Below, in pieces: positions 41,481 through 50,722 of a stretch of DNA of 64,000 nucleotides. This stretch comes from Escherichia coli (GTDB lineage: Bacteria > Pseudomonadota > Gammaproteobacteria > Enterobacterales > Enterobacteriaceae), in the NCBI RefSeq assembly GCF_003991155.1, contig NZ_CP031293.1; one strand, 5' to 3'. The stretch's first letter is position 1. The number at the start of each line of letters is the position of its first letter. The translations under genes were made by a program, and so were the position numbers. The notes beneath the pieces are model-generated. The model had not been told where the DNA came from. It worked only from the letters and a program-made list of their open reading frames with translations, and did no database searches.

Positions 41481-41509
41481 CAATGAGGGTTGCCGGGCAA
41501 CCCTCATTG
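41481..41509. terminator. Palindromic bidirectional terminator between convergent pduV and yeeX
   Basis: CAATGAGGGTTGCC-G-GGCAACCCTCATTG has perfect 14-bp arms. Confidence 0.7.
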
Positions 41510-41522
41510 AATAAAACAGGAA

Positions 41523-41852
41523 TTACTTCGCTTCGCCGTTTTTCATTTCGCCCATAGCTTTCAGCTTTTTGGAGATATCGCGGCGTTCTTTGGAGAGCTC
41601 GGCATTTTTGATGATGTAATCGTCAACGCGATCTTCATAGTCACCTTTCATGCTGGCGATGATGCCCTGGATTGCTTCAACGCTCATCCCTGGCTTGATG
41701 TAATCGCTCAGGTTGTCCAGCAACAGGACGCGCTTCTGGTTGTCACGGATCTTTTTCTCAACGTCCTGAATTTCACGTTGCAGTTTGTTCTTACGACGGA
41801 ACAGACGAACAAATTCCAGTACGTCCTGGAATGAAGGCTTGGTAGTTTCCAT
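41523..41852 (-). CDS. yeeX: UPF0265 protein YeeX
   Basis: [41 protein letters not shown]... is 109 aa. Confidence 0.9.
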   Translation of the reverse strand: METTKPSFQDVLEFVRLFRRKNKLQREIQDVEKKIRDNQKRVLLLDNLSDYIKPGMSVEAIQGIIASMKGDYEDRVDDYIIKNAELSKERRDISKKLKAMGEMKNGEAK

Positions 41853-42023
41853 TTTTATACCCCTGATAATGTGAGAGTCGGATTCGTTTAAGCAACCGCT
41901 ATTCGTTAGGGCCAACATTACTCATAGCTGCCGCAGATGACAATGCTTTTATCCCTTTTCACTATCATACCCTTTATCCTTGCTGAATCGAAGCAGCAGC
42001 AAGATGATTCTGAAGTTCAGGAA

Positions 42024-43082
42024 TTATTTGCGCAAGGCCCGGCAAATCAGATTCGATAGCAACTCAAGCTGATGTGCCGTTTCCATGTTCAGCCACACAT
42101 AACCATAGATTGGTGTTTCTACGACTTTCAGGTCATGGTGGTTATCGAGCAACTGACGCAACTCTTCCACAGCATCGTTCAATTTTTCCGTATTGGCAAA
42201 AACCGGCTGCGGATTACCTTCGTACAGCGCATGAACAAGGCTCAGCAGTATTTGCTGCATCATGTGCTGGGTATCACGAAGTTTTTGCGCGTTCAATAAC
42301 ACGAAATGGCTGGGGCGCGTGGCCCAGTATGCATTGATTTGCAACTCCAGCATACAAACCAGATTGCGATTAATGGTCTGGATACCTTCATATATCGATT
42401 TGGGAATACGGGTTTCTTTGCTGGCGGGCGCAATCAGCCCACGCATTTTCACGGCATCGGTCAGCAGTTTTTGTAGATGGCTTTCCAGACGTGGGCGTTC
42501 GAGTAAGTTCGGTGAGAATGCAGATTGATAGACCCGATTATACTCGGTCAGACTTTTCGCCAGTTGAATGCGCCAGTGGATGAACGCCCGTTGTGGCCAG
42601 ATACCGGTAAACAACATTGCCAGTAAAGAGCCGAGGATCACATCGCCGCTTCGCCACAACGCCGTATCAATTTCACCTGTCGGGGAACCCACAACAATTG
42701 CCAGCGTCACCCCAATCAATAATCCTTGATACGGTTTCTTGCCCAGCGCCAGCCAACCGCAAAGAAACATCGCCGCCGCGCACCAGACTAACATCAGCGG
42801 TAACGAAATTAACTCCAGTTGCAGAGCGATAAGACCTAAAATCGAACCCAACACCGTACCGCCAATACGTTCGAAGGCACGAGGGACAACGTTACCCCAG
42901 AACGAGATTGGCCCCATAATCACCACCATGGTGACCAGCGGCCAGGTACTTTCCGGGATAGTAAACAGGCGGATAATGAGAAAAGTGAGCAGGAATGCCA
43001 GCGCGACCCGAGTACCATGCACAATGCGGTAATGGCGGTATACCCGGATTTCAAACGGGCTTAATGACTTATCGGCACGCAC
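42024..43082 (-). CDS. yeeA: Inner-membrane FUSC-family protein YeeA
   Basis: The ORF is 352 aa, is a membrane protein, and shows synteny. Confidence 0.85.
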   Translation of the reverse strand: MRADKSLSPFEIRVYRHYRIVHGTRVALAFLLTFLIIRLFTIPESTWPLVTMVVIMGPISFWGNVVPRAFERIGGTVLGSILGLIALQLELISLPLMLVWCAAAMFLCGWLALGKKPYQGLLIGVTLAIVVGSPTGEIDTALWRSGDVILGSLLAMLFTGIWPQRAFIHWRIQLAKSLTEYNRVYQSAFSPNLLERPRLESHLQKLLTDAVKMRGLIAPASKETRIPKSIYEGIQTINRNLVCMLELQINAYWATRPSHFVLLNAQKLRDTQHMMQQILLSLVHALYEGNPQPVFANTEKLNDAVEELRQLLDNHHDLKVVETPIYGYVWLNMETAHQLELLSNLICRALRK

Positions 43083-43279
43083 GCAGAAACTCCGTAATGA
43101 AGATTAAAAGCGCTCATAACTCATCTGTCGGCCAGAAGGCGCGCCTCTGAATTATCCGACGGACATACCGGGAACAGTGTAATTTCCCGGCAGGAGCGAA
43201 AAAATTGAAAGGCGCATCTTACTCTTTTCGCTTTCAAAAAAAGAGTGGTCATCGCGTTAACACACCGCCCTGAGATGAA

Positions 43280-43753
43280 TTAGTGATGTTTTGGCTGCAC
43301 CGCAACATACATTTCGATATCCCAGTACCCATCTTCCGCGCCATTGTTCAAGTAAACCTCGAAGCAGGGCTTTGGTAACATTTCATAGGCACTGTCCTGC
43401 AAGAGGCTATTAAAGAACTGATACCAGGGTTTAGCAAAATCATCACCGACTACACGAGCCACCGCCACCGCATACTGACCACCTGAAATTTCTGTCAGAA
43501 TGACGCCCTCACTGTTTTCGGGGAGCGTAAAGTTATTCGGTACCGTCACGACGGTGTCGCAGCGTAATTTTTCGGCGGGTGTTTCATCTGGATTGTCGTA
43601 ATAGACAGCAACCCACTCCTTCGGCACAATATTTTTGCTATCTATCCACATCATCAACTGCTCAAAACCTTTCTTTACCGTCTGCTCCCACGGGCCAACA
43701 AGATGGAAACCTGCAACGGTACGTTTATCTTCCTGCTTAATCTCGTAGTTCAT
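43280..43753 (-). CDS. sbmC: DNA gyrase inhibitor SbmC (GyrI)
   Basis: The ORF is 157 aa ([26 protein letters not shown]...). Confidence 0.9.
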   Translation of the reverse strand: MNYEIKQEDKRTVAGFHLVGPWEQTVKKGFEQLMMWIDSKNIVPKEWVAVYYDNPDETPAEKLRCDTVVTVPNNFTLPENSEGVILTEISGGQYAVAVARVVGDDFAKPWYQFFNSLLQDSAYEMLPKPCFEVYLNNGAEDGYWDIEMYVAVQPKHH

Positions 43754-43871
43754 GACGCCTCCATTAACACTGTTTTTATATACAGTATAGTTGCAATATT
43801 AAAACCACAAGGAATGAGTGTTGATTATGCGAGCAGACTCGCACTCCTGCCAGTCTGCTGCAAAAGAAAGG

Positions 43872-45044
43872 TCAGGCCTTATGGTGGAAATAATCACTCA
43901 GCCGGGAAAACATGCTGCCTTCCCCGACAGATTCCAGGGTAACCAGCGGCCAGTGCGCCACCTGTTTATCACGGTCGTAAAGTTCAATTTCCCCTACCCG
44001 CTGATGGGCGCTAATTGGCGCGGTGAGTTCTTTACCATCAAGGGTATATTTGGCTTTGATATGTGGAATTTCGGCTTTCGGTAGCACCATCCAGAACTCT
44101 TGTTCCGTTCCCAGGGCGATATTTTCTTTATCGCCATACCAGATGCGTTCCGTACCAACCTTTTTCCCACGGTGCAAAATTTGCACCGTAGTAAAGTTTT
44201 GTTGCCCCCAACGCAGTAATTTTCTTGCCTCTTCCTCACGACCTTTTGCGCTGTCAGCCCCCATTACCACTGCAATGAGACGACGCTGCCCATCTACAGC
44301 CGAAGCAATGAGATTAAACCCGGCACCAGAAGTATGACCCGTTTTCAGGCCGTCAACATTCATGGTTTTATCCCACAATAACCCGTTACGGTTTTGCTGG
44401 GTGATACCGTTCCAGGTGAGGCTTTTCTCACTGTACATATGATAAAACTCGGGCTCGCCGTGGATGATAGCGCGAGAAAGCACAGCTAAATCATAAGCCG
44501 AGCTATGCTGGCCAGGTGCATCCAGACCATGCACTGTTTCAAAATGCGTATCCTTGAGATGCAGCTTCTCGGCATAGTTGTTCATCATTTCAACAAACTG
44601 CCGTTGCCCACCGGCAATATAGTCAGCCAGAGCAACACAAGCGTCATTTCCGGAATCCACAATTAAACCACGGCTTAAATCACGTACCGATACGCGATCG
44701 CCCTCTTTCAGAAACATCAGTGAAGAACCGACAAACACCGGATTATCTTTCGCCCACGCATCGCGCCCCACGGTGACAATATCGTCTGGCGTAATGCGAT
44801 GACTATCGATAGCACGATCCACGACATAGCCCGTCATCAGCTTTGTCAGGCTGGCGGGATTGCGCTGTTGATGCTCATTACCCGCGGTGAGAATCTGACC
44901 GGTGGTGTAATCCATCAATACCCAGGACCCGGCATGAATCTCTGGAGGCTGAGGTGAAAAAGGAATGTTTTCCGCCGCAAAACCAGACGATAAATTAAAA
45001 ACGAACAAAGAAGCAGCAATAATAAGACGGCGTTTCAACAGCAA
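43872..45044 (-). CDS. dacD: D-alanyl-D-alanine carboxypeptidase DacD (PBP6b)
   Basis: It has a signal peptide and the SxxK (PASLTKLMT), SGN and KTG motifs. Confidence 0.9.
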   Translation of the reverse strand: MLLKRRLIIAASLFVFNLSSGFAAENIPFSPQPPEIHAGSWVLMDYTTGQILTAGNEHQQRNPASLTKLMTGYVVDRAIDSHRITPDDIVTVGRDAWAKDNPVFVGSSLMFLKEGDRVSVRDLSRGLIVDSGNDACVALADYIAGGQRQFVEMMNNYAEKLHLKDTHFETVHGLDAPGQHSSAYDLAVLSRAIIHGEPEFYHMYSEKSLTWNGITQQNRNGLLWDKTMNVDGLKTGHTSGAGFNLIASAVDGQRRLIAVVMGADSAKGREEEARKLLRWGQQNFTTVQILHRGKKVGTERIWYGDKENIALGTEQEFWMVLPKAEIPHIKAKYTLDGKELTAPISAHQRVGEIELYDRDKQVAHWPLVTLESVGEGSMFSRLSDYFHHKA

Positions 45045-45246
45045 ACCCTCAGGTGTTTCAAATAGCTGTTCTTTTTACGGAAATACTTATGAACTGGCTG
45101 GAATAAAGTGCAAGAAAATGTGACTACTATCTCATTTTTATCTGACATGATCTGTTGCCACTCGCTGCCAAATTGTCGCGCTAAAGCTGATTAGCACGGT
45201 GATATTTGATACTCTGGCAGACAGCAGAAACAACGGATTTAACCTA

Positions 45247-45295
45247 ATGATGAATGACGGTAAGCAACAATCTACCTTTTTGTTTCACGATTACG
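45247..45295 (+). pseudogene. sbcB: 5' stub (first 16 codons) of exonuclease I gene sbcB, interrupted by the prophage
   Basis: ATGATGAATGACGGTAAGCAACAATCTACCTTTTTGTTTCACGATTACG encodes MMNDGKQQSTFLFHDY. The sequence then diverges from the sbcB continuation I recall (..ETFGTHP..). Confidence 0.8.
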
Positions 45296-45814
45296 CGCAA
45301 CACCCCTGAGAACCGCCATAAACAAGGGTTTCATGATTTGTGATTTTAGTTTGGTACGCAATTTGGTACACAACACAATTTTCACTTCAGCGGGTAGTCA
45401 TCAAACTCACCATAACGCACTTCGTTGATGATGTACGTGATCACCAAAAATATCGCATCCGGACTAGTTCCATCTTCATGCGCAGGCATATGTTCATGCC
45501 TACCTGTCTGCAAACCAGTAATAAGCCATTACAGGGTGATAGTGATGCATCAACTACGTTAAGCGCAGAGAAATGATGCAGTGGTGGGCGGATTGGCTTG
45601 ATGAAAAGGTGGAGTGATCCACCTTAACCACTATCGAAGAGCACAAAGCCTTGCAATCCAGTGCAAAGCTTTGTGTGTCTCAGTTTTGTTTCATAGGTAA
45701 TCATGCGTTCACTACGATGCAAGAATCCATACCAAATTTTATTTAAAACTCACAAATACACTAGATAAAAACAATCCCGCAGTTTTCATGCGGGATATAC
45801 TGCATTTATTGCAA

Positions 45815-48292
45815 CTACATTGCCATTAATATAAACATAGCCAATTCGTCATAACGAATTCCGTAGCGTCCACCTGCTTTTTTTACAAGAATCATATTTC
45901 CTGTTTTATATTGAGAATAAATTTTCTCACCTGTATCAGGATCTGTGCTCTCTTCAGTTATCACCTCTTCATCCCATACGTCTGGCCATTCATCGTAACA
46001 CCAAAAAGCATATTGCTCAGGATTTAAACCATGCTTTCTAAGAATATCTCCTACGGTTTGAGCGCCAACTCCAAAATGATACCTTGATAACTCCAATCCT
46101 TTAAAATTAATCGACTCATTAAACCTGAACTTGCATATAATTCCCTTTATTTCCAGCGCAGCATCACGCTCTGCCTGAGTAATGTCATATATTGTTTTAA
46201 GTGTTTCATCTGATGTGCTTATAGTCCCGGATGCAGAATAAATCTGAGCCCATCTAAATGATGGTGCACCAAGAGATTTGCTGTTATCAATAATTGGTGA
46301 AAAATTACCTTTAATGGCAATATTTCCAGAGTCGCCGAATATATTAATAACTGTAGAGTCATCACCATGGTTTTTTACGCTTAAGTTTCTTGATAAAATA
46401 TTTATATCTTTGTTATACCCACTAACATTAATCCATCTTTTACCATCAATGTGATACCCGTAAATATTTCCGTTTGATTGTTCGTCAGGTGACTCTCTAA
46501 GAACAATAGCATCTACTCCAGACGACCATTGTATTTTTGTATCTGTAGGCCTCCAGTTCTTTATAATGAACGAACCATCAGTAAACTCCGTTTTTATTTG
46601 TCTATTGTCTACAAATGCGTCTCTTGGTTTAAACTCACTTGTGTTAACGCTGCTCTGAAGATCAGAAGCAAAAAATCTAAGATTTCCTGTATAACCCTGA
46701 GTCTCGGTCAGGTTATACGCAATCATAATTCCATTTTCAAACTCAGATGATGTTATTTTAACATCACGGCAATCACCAAAAATGCAATTTCCTTTATCAA
46801 ATGTTGTTTGAGCTTTGAATTTATCAAACCTTAAATTACGAACAGGGAAACCATCAACCTCTAATGCAAAGGATGCATGAAGGCCAAAGTATTCTGATGG
46901 CTTACCTGATGTATGATCAAGAGTAGTGGCTACTGTATTCTCAAAAACAGTCCCGCTAAAATTATTACCAATTGACGGAAACCTGATTACACTTATTGTA
47001 CCTTGTATTTCAGGAGAAATACCAGATAGTGTGATGTTAGTTCCATCAAATGATGCATCTGAATACGTATATACTGATTCACTGCCAGCAATTTTAAACT
47101 GTTTAACTGAAGTTATTCTCATCGACTTTTTATGTTTAAATGTCACTGAGCTTTCAGTATTACTTACAAGATCAATCTGAGGGCTATTCCTTATCGCGAT
47201 TCCTGACTGGACATAAACGTTATTAAAGTGCGTTTTTTCAGGATTTCCCTTCATTGAAAGGCTCCCGTCATTTTCTGTCAGTAGTAGTCCTTTTACCCTC
47301 CAATAGCCGACAATCTGTACGTTATCAATAACTGAATCACAGCTATCGTATACATGCAACCCTATATCCCAGTTATCACCCAATGAATAAGAATCAGGGT
47401 TATTGTATCCTTCAATACCATTTTTACTTACCATTATTCTCAGATTGCGTAACTGTGATGCCCTGTTGATACTAACAGCTACGCTCATGGCTTTTGGTGT
47501 AGCAGGAGTAACACCTACAGAATCTTCATTCGTAAACTCAGTGAACTTACAAGATATCCCTTCAACAATTTTAACCGGTCTTTCATTAGAGATGTTAAAA
47601 AAATATTTGTTTTTTTCTCCATCACCAGTAAATACAAGATGGGTTCCTTTACTCCAACTTTTTAATAATCTTTCAGGCGCTGGTCTATATGTATCCCAAT
47701 AATCAATGCCAGATCCAACCAGTGAACACCCCTCAGGAATGTTAATATTCTTCTTGATGATGCATATTCCTTCCGGAATTGTTATAACCGACCTTCCAGA
47801 GTTTAAAGCTTTAATAAAAGCATCTGAATCATCTGTTTCCCCATCTATTTTTGCTCCCCACCCTCTAACATCTCCACAATCTCTCCATCGTGCCATCTGC
47901 AACTCAGGATATTTTTTAGCGCCATCTGGATCTTCTAATTGCTGCCGTAGCTGATCGGGGTCATACTTCAGCACATTAGGAAAATAGAACTGCTGCGCAC
48001 CATATGCATCATAAACAGCCATAGAATGGCCTTGCACAGTTACAAACTTGGCTATTTGCCCGTTATATACCGGGTAACCAGCAGCGTTAATGATGATTGG
48101 TTGCGAAACAGGAACGTGAGAGCCATCTTCGTTCTCCACATAAACCTGAATCTGGTTTTCAGGATTTACAGGGTCAGTGTCAATTTTACCGATATAAATT
48201 TTGCCATTGGCAACCGCTTTAAAAGAACGTGCCATAGTGAAGAGTTGAGAAGGCATACTCACTACAACATTGGCATTTATCGAATCTGTCAT
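45815..48292 (-). CDS. Tailspike: P22 gp9-type head-binding N-domain, beta-helix depolymerase-like centre and C-terminal intramolecular-chaperone (peptidase S74-like) domain
   Basis: The N-terminus [64 protein letters not shown] matches P22 gp9. The centre has [30 protein letters not shown]. The C-terminus has [15 protein letters not shown]...[10 protein letters not shown]...[13 protein letters not shown]. Confidence 0.85.
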   Translation of the reverse strand: MTDSINANVVVSMPSQLFTMARSFKAVANGKIYIGKIDTDPVNPENQIQVYVENEDGSHVPVSQPIIINAAGYPVYNGQIAKFVTVQGHSMAVYDAYGAQQFYFPNVLKYDPDQLRQQLEDPDGAKKYPELQMARWRDCGDVRGWGAKIDGETDDSDAFIKALNSGRSVITIPEGICIIKKNINIPEGCSLVGSGIDYWDTYRPAPERLLKSWSKGTHLVFTGDGEKNKYFFNISNERPVKIVEGISCKFTEFTNEDSVGVTPATPKAMSVAVSINRASQLRNLRIMVSKNGIEGYNNPDSYSLGDNWDIGLHVYDSCDSVIDNVQIVGYWRVKGLLLTENDGSLSMKGNPEKTHFNNVYVQSGIAIRNSPQIDLVSNTESSVTFKHKKSMRITSVKQFKIAGSESVYTYSDASFDGTNITLSGISPEIQGTISVIRFPSIGNNFSGTVFENTVATTLDHTSGKPSEYFGLHASFALEVDGFPVRNLRFDKFKAQTTFDKGNCIFGDCRDVKITSSEFENGIMIAYNLTETQGYTGNLRFFASDLQSSVNTSEFKPRDAFVDNRQIKTEFTDGSFIIKNWRPTDTKIQWSSGVDAIVLRESPDEQSNGNIYGYHIDGKRWINVSGYNKDINILSRNLSVKNHGDDSTVINIFGDSGNIAIKGNFSPIIDNSKSLGAPSFRWAQIYSASGTISTSDETLKTIYDITQAERDAALEIKGIICKFRFNESINFKGLELSRYHFGVGAQTVGDILRKHGLNPEQYAFWCYDEWPDVWDEEVITEESTDPDTGEKIYSQYKTGNMILVKKAGGRYGIRYDELAMFILMAM

Positions 48293-48350
48293 TTAATTTG
48301 CTCCAGATACAAGGAATCGCCGCAGCATGGCTACGGTGAATTTTGGGCAT

Positions 48351-48373
48351 AAAAAACCCAGCCGAAGCTGGGT
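48351..48373 (-). terminator. Rho-independent terminator between ant and the tailspike gene
   Basis: The minus strand has ACCCAGC-TTCG-GCTGGGT followed by TTTTTT. Confidence 0.75.
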
Positions 48374-48391
48374 CGTTGCGTTGGTTATCTG

Positions 48392-49321
48392 TCAGTAGTT
48401 ATGTACTGAAGGAGGTAATTCTTTATTCTTAAGTCTCATCCATGCGGAAAGATTCGTTGGTCCGTCTGGCTCATTGATATCAACATCTCGTGTGTGATTG
48501 ATTAAAACGTCTCTCGCCATTCCGATAACATACGAGAACTCATGACCATAGTCGTAGCATCTGCCGGAATAGTTCGATTGAATTTGTTTTAATGCCGGAT
48601 ACAGTTCGCGGAATAACGCCTGTGAGCGGTTGGCATAATCCCATAACCATACAAGGCTGTTTGCTTCTTTTGCAGAAAGCTCGTTGGTTTTCTTCTCTTG
48701 TTTGCCAATGAACTCACCTTCAAGCGGAACGCGAGCAGCAAGTGACAGTGCTTCGGTAAACTGCTCATCACTGATTTCTTTGTACGAACATCCAAAATGG
48801 GATTTCAGTGACGACCACATGGTGATCATCGCCTTCGCCTGTTTTTCTTTTGGCAGAGACTGACCGCGACTCATGACGAGTTGTTTAATGGCTTCCTGCT
48901 GTTCAGTGGTGATTTTACCCGGCAACGCCTTTTTAGCTTTGCGTGGGTTAACTACATGGCCTTTAGTCCAGTACTCGTAGAGCACATCGTCACACTCTTC
49001 CTGATACTGGATTACCTTGTCGCGGATTTCAGGGCGGACTTTGTTTGGACTGATGGTTTGCAGCCAGCCAGCAAGTTTGCGAAGTGCCAAACAAATAATC
49101 TCACGGCACTGTTCATCACCAGGAAGCTGCATTGTGATTTTCACAATGGAGGTTTTAAACCGTTGCTTTATTTTCGTAAACTGTGAAGCCCAATCCATAC
49201 CCATACCTTCAACGATAGGTTTCATTGGGGTGTACGGCTCACCGTTGTGATTGACGACATAAAGCTCTGCGCCGTGGAATGGCACGTTGATAGTAGATAC
49301 TGCTGTTGCTATACTTTTCAT
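48392..49321 (-). CDS. ant: Antirepressor (Ant-like; P22_AR N-terminal type)
   Basis: The ORF is 309 aa, lies downstream of arc in the immI region, and contains [33 protein letters not shown]. Confidence 0.75.
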   Translation of the reverse strand: MKSIATAVSTINVPFHGAELYVVNHNGEPYTPMKPIVEGMGMDWASQFTKIKQRFKTSIVKITMQLPGDEQCREIICLALRKLAGWLQTISPNKVRPEIRDKVIQYQEECDDVLYEYWTKGHVVNPRKAKKALPGKITTEQQEAIKQLVMSRGQSLPKEKQAKAMITMWSSLKSHFGCSYKEISDEQFTEALSLAARVPLEGEFIGKQEKKTNELSAKEANSLVWLWDYANRSQALFRELYPALKQIQSNYSGRCYDYGHEFSYVIGMARDVLINHTRDVDINEPDGPTNLSAWMRLKNKELPPSVHNY

Positions 49322-49387
49322 GTCAGTTTTTCCTCAAAATTTACTGGCGATTTAAGCCCGAGCTACTCGCAATAGCTTGGGCTTTAC

Positions 49388-49534
49388 TCATTCTGGACAA
49401 ACAATTCCATCCTTAGCTACTGACTCCTTTAGTCTCCTCAATACCTCATTACTGAACGACCGATCATCCTTTTTCGCGGACTGCTCCAAAGCCTTTTCCA
49501 GCCATTCTGGCATCCTTAATGTCTTAACTTTCAT
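49388..49534 (-). CDS. arc: Arc-like ribbon-helix-helix repressor
   Basis: MKVKTLRMPEWLEKALEQSAKKDDRSFSNEVLRRLKESV is an RHH pattern. An AAGGAG RBS is present. The listed ORF start at 49600 is upstream of the likely start. Confidence 0.75.
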   Translation of the reverse strand: MKVKTLRMPEWLEKALEQSAKKDDRSFSNEVLRRLKESVAKDGIVCPE

Positions 49535-49580
49535 TTTTGCTCCTTTGCTCCTTTGTATGTGGTACGCATACATAGTATTT

Positions 49581-49609
49581 AGGTACGCATTGATAGTCAA
49601 TAGATACCT
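49581..49609. promoter_or_regulatory. Candidate immI operator: near-palindrome AGGTAcgcATTGA-TAG-TCAATagaTACCT in the arc/mnt divergent region
   Basis: It lies in the 112-bp divergent intergenic region (49535-49646). GGTACGCAT is also repeated at 49561 and 49582. Confidence 0.5.
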
Positions 49610-49646
49610 ACATATCCTGTGGTAAATAATTATTCAGGATGCGCCG

Positions 49647-49898
49647 ATGTCTGATCGTAAGTACAAAAACCCTCAAGTGAATCTGAGGCTTCCTGTAGAG
49701 ATAAAGGAACGTCTTATTGAGCTGGCTGAGGCTAATTCTCGTTCATTAAATGCTGAGATGGTAGCAGCACTTGAGGCATGGACTGAAAAAAATAAACATA
49801 TTCAAGCACTAGATATTGCAACTATAGCATCGCGGTTGATAGAGCTTGAGCATGAGGTTGAGAAGTTAAAATGTATGCATGGCAACGGTGAAAAATGA
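49647..49898 (+). CDS. mnt: Mnt-like ribbon-helix-helix repressor
   Basis: NPQVNLRLPVEIKERLIELAEANSRSLNAEMVAALEAW has the same RHH pattern as P22 Mnt, followed by a C-terminal coiled tail. Confidence 0.75.
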   Translation: MSDRKYKNPQVNLRLPVEIKERLIELAEANSRSLNAEMVAALEAWTEKNKHIQALDIATIASRLIELEHEVEKLKCMHGNGEK

Positions 49899-50209
49899 AA
49901 CGCATCGCTATTTTGTTAATATTGTTCTTCTCTACAATAGTTTGCGCCAAACAAAAATCAGATAATGGCGATCTTAAAGGCCTGCAAGAACTCATGATAA
50001 CTTCGAAATTTGCTGGCATGTGCGGCACAATCAAACAAATGGCAACATTTCAAGAATCAACAAAAATGCCTGGCGGAGATGAGTTCTTACAGCGTTTTCT
50101 GACCACAGAGCAAGCAAGACTTGGAATGAATCCACAGGAGTTTCTTGAAGCATGCCAGAAGTCAATTTCAGCTTATACCAATTATTACAATCTAACTTCT
50201 GATAAATAA
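49895..50209 (+). CDS. Small secreted protein (moron, sieA-position)
   Basis: Its ATG overlaps the mnt stop (ATGA). It has the signal peptide MKRIAILLILFFSTIVCA. I see no recognisable homology. Confidence 0.6.
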   Translation: MKRIAILLILFFSTIVCAKQKSDNGDLKGLQELMITSKFAGMCGTIKQMATFQESTKMPGGDEFLQRFLTTEQARLGMNPQEFLEACQKSISAYTNYYNLTSDK

Positions 50210-50234
50210 TAGAAAGGATTTTATAAATAACTTT

Positions 50235-50720
50235 ATGAAAAAATCACTATTAATTATCCCGCTTCTGCTGGCTGGATGCGCAAAAGTAAGTGACTACCAA
50301 GCAAGTTGCGAACAACGCTATCCAAAGCTTAGTGATATGGCTAATTGCCTTGATGCCAGCGTGAAGAACGACTCACGCATGGCATCAGCACCAACACCTA
50401 AGCTGTATGTCCTTGCTGCGAAGATGCTCGGGCAAGGTGTCGATGAAGGCAAGATAAGTGACGCACAGGCAAGACTTGAGCTTCAGAATCTTTATGTTCA
50501 ATTACAAAGCCAAGAACAAGCCCAACAAATAGCGCAAAGCCAAGCATTCCAGCAGGCTTTATTGAATTATCAGGCTGTAAACACAATGCAAGCGATCGAG
50601 CAAAAAGCGCGCCAGCCTGTTATAACTCAACCTTACCCAACACGCGTTGACACATATACAAACTGCAATTCAGGATTTGGAAACACCGTCACATGCAACA
50701 GTAGCAGCAACATTAGATAA
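50235..50720 (+). CDS. Lipoprotein, Gln-rich (moron, sieA-position)
   Basis: It has the lipobox LLAGC (Cys15) with Ala at +2. The centre is Q-rich (QSQEQAQQIAQSQAFQQALLNYQ). Confidence 0.65.
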   Translation: MKKSLLIIPLLLAGCAKVSDYQASCEQRYPKLSDMANCLDASVKNDSRMASAPTPKLYVLAAKMLGQGVDEGKISDAQARLELQNLYVQLQSQEQAQQIAQSQAFQQALLNYQAVNTMQAIEQKARQPVITQPYPTRVDTYTNCNSGFGNTVTCNSSSNIR

Positions 50721-50722
50721 AG

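Noticed and set aside
45340-45576. A 78-aa plus-strand ORF, and a 35-codon minus-strand ORF (MPAHEDGTSPDAIFLV...), at the prophage end
   Set aside because: They have no RBS and are short, with no recognisable similarity. The region is more likely attachment-site or noncoding DNA. I could not support a gene call.
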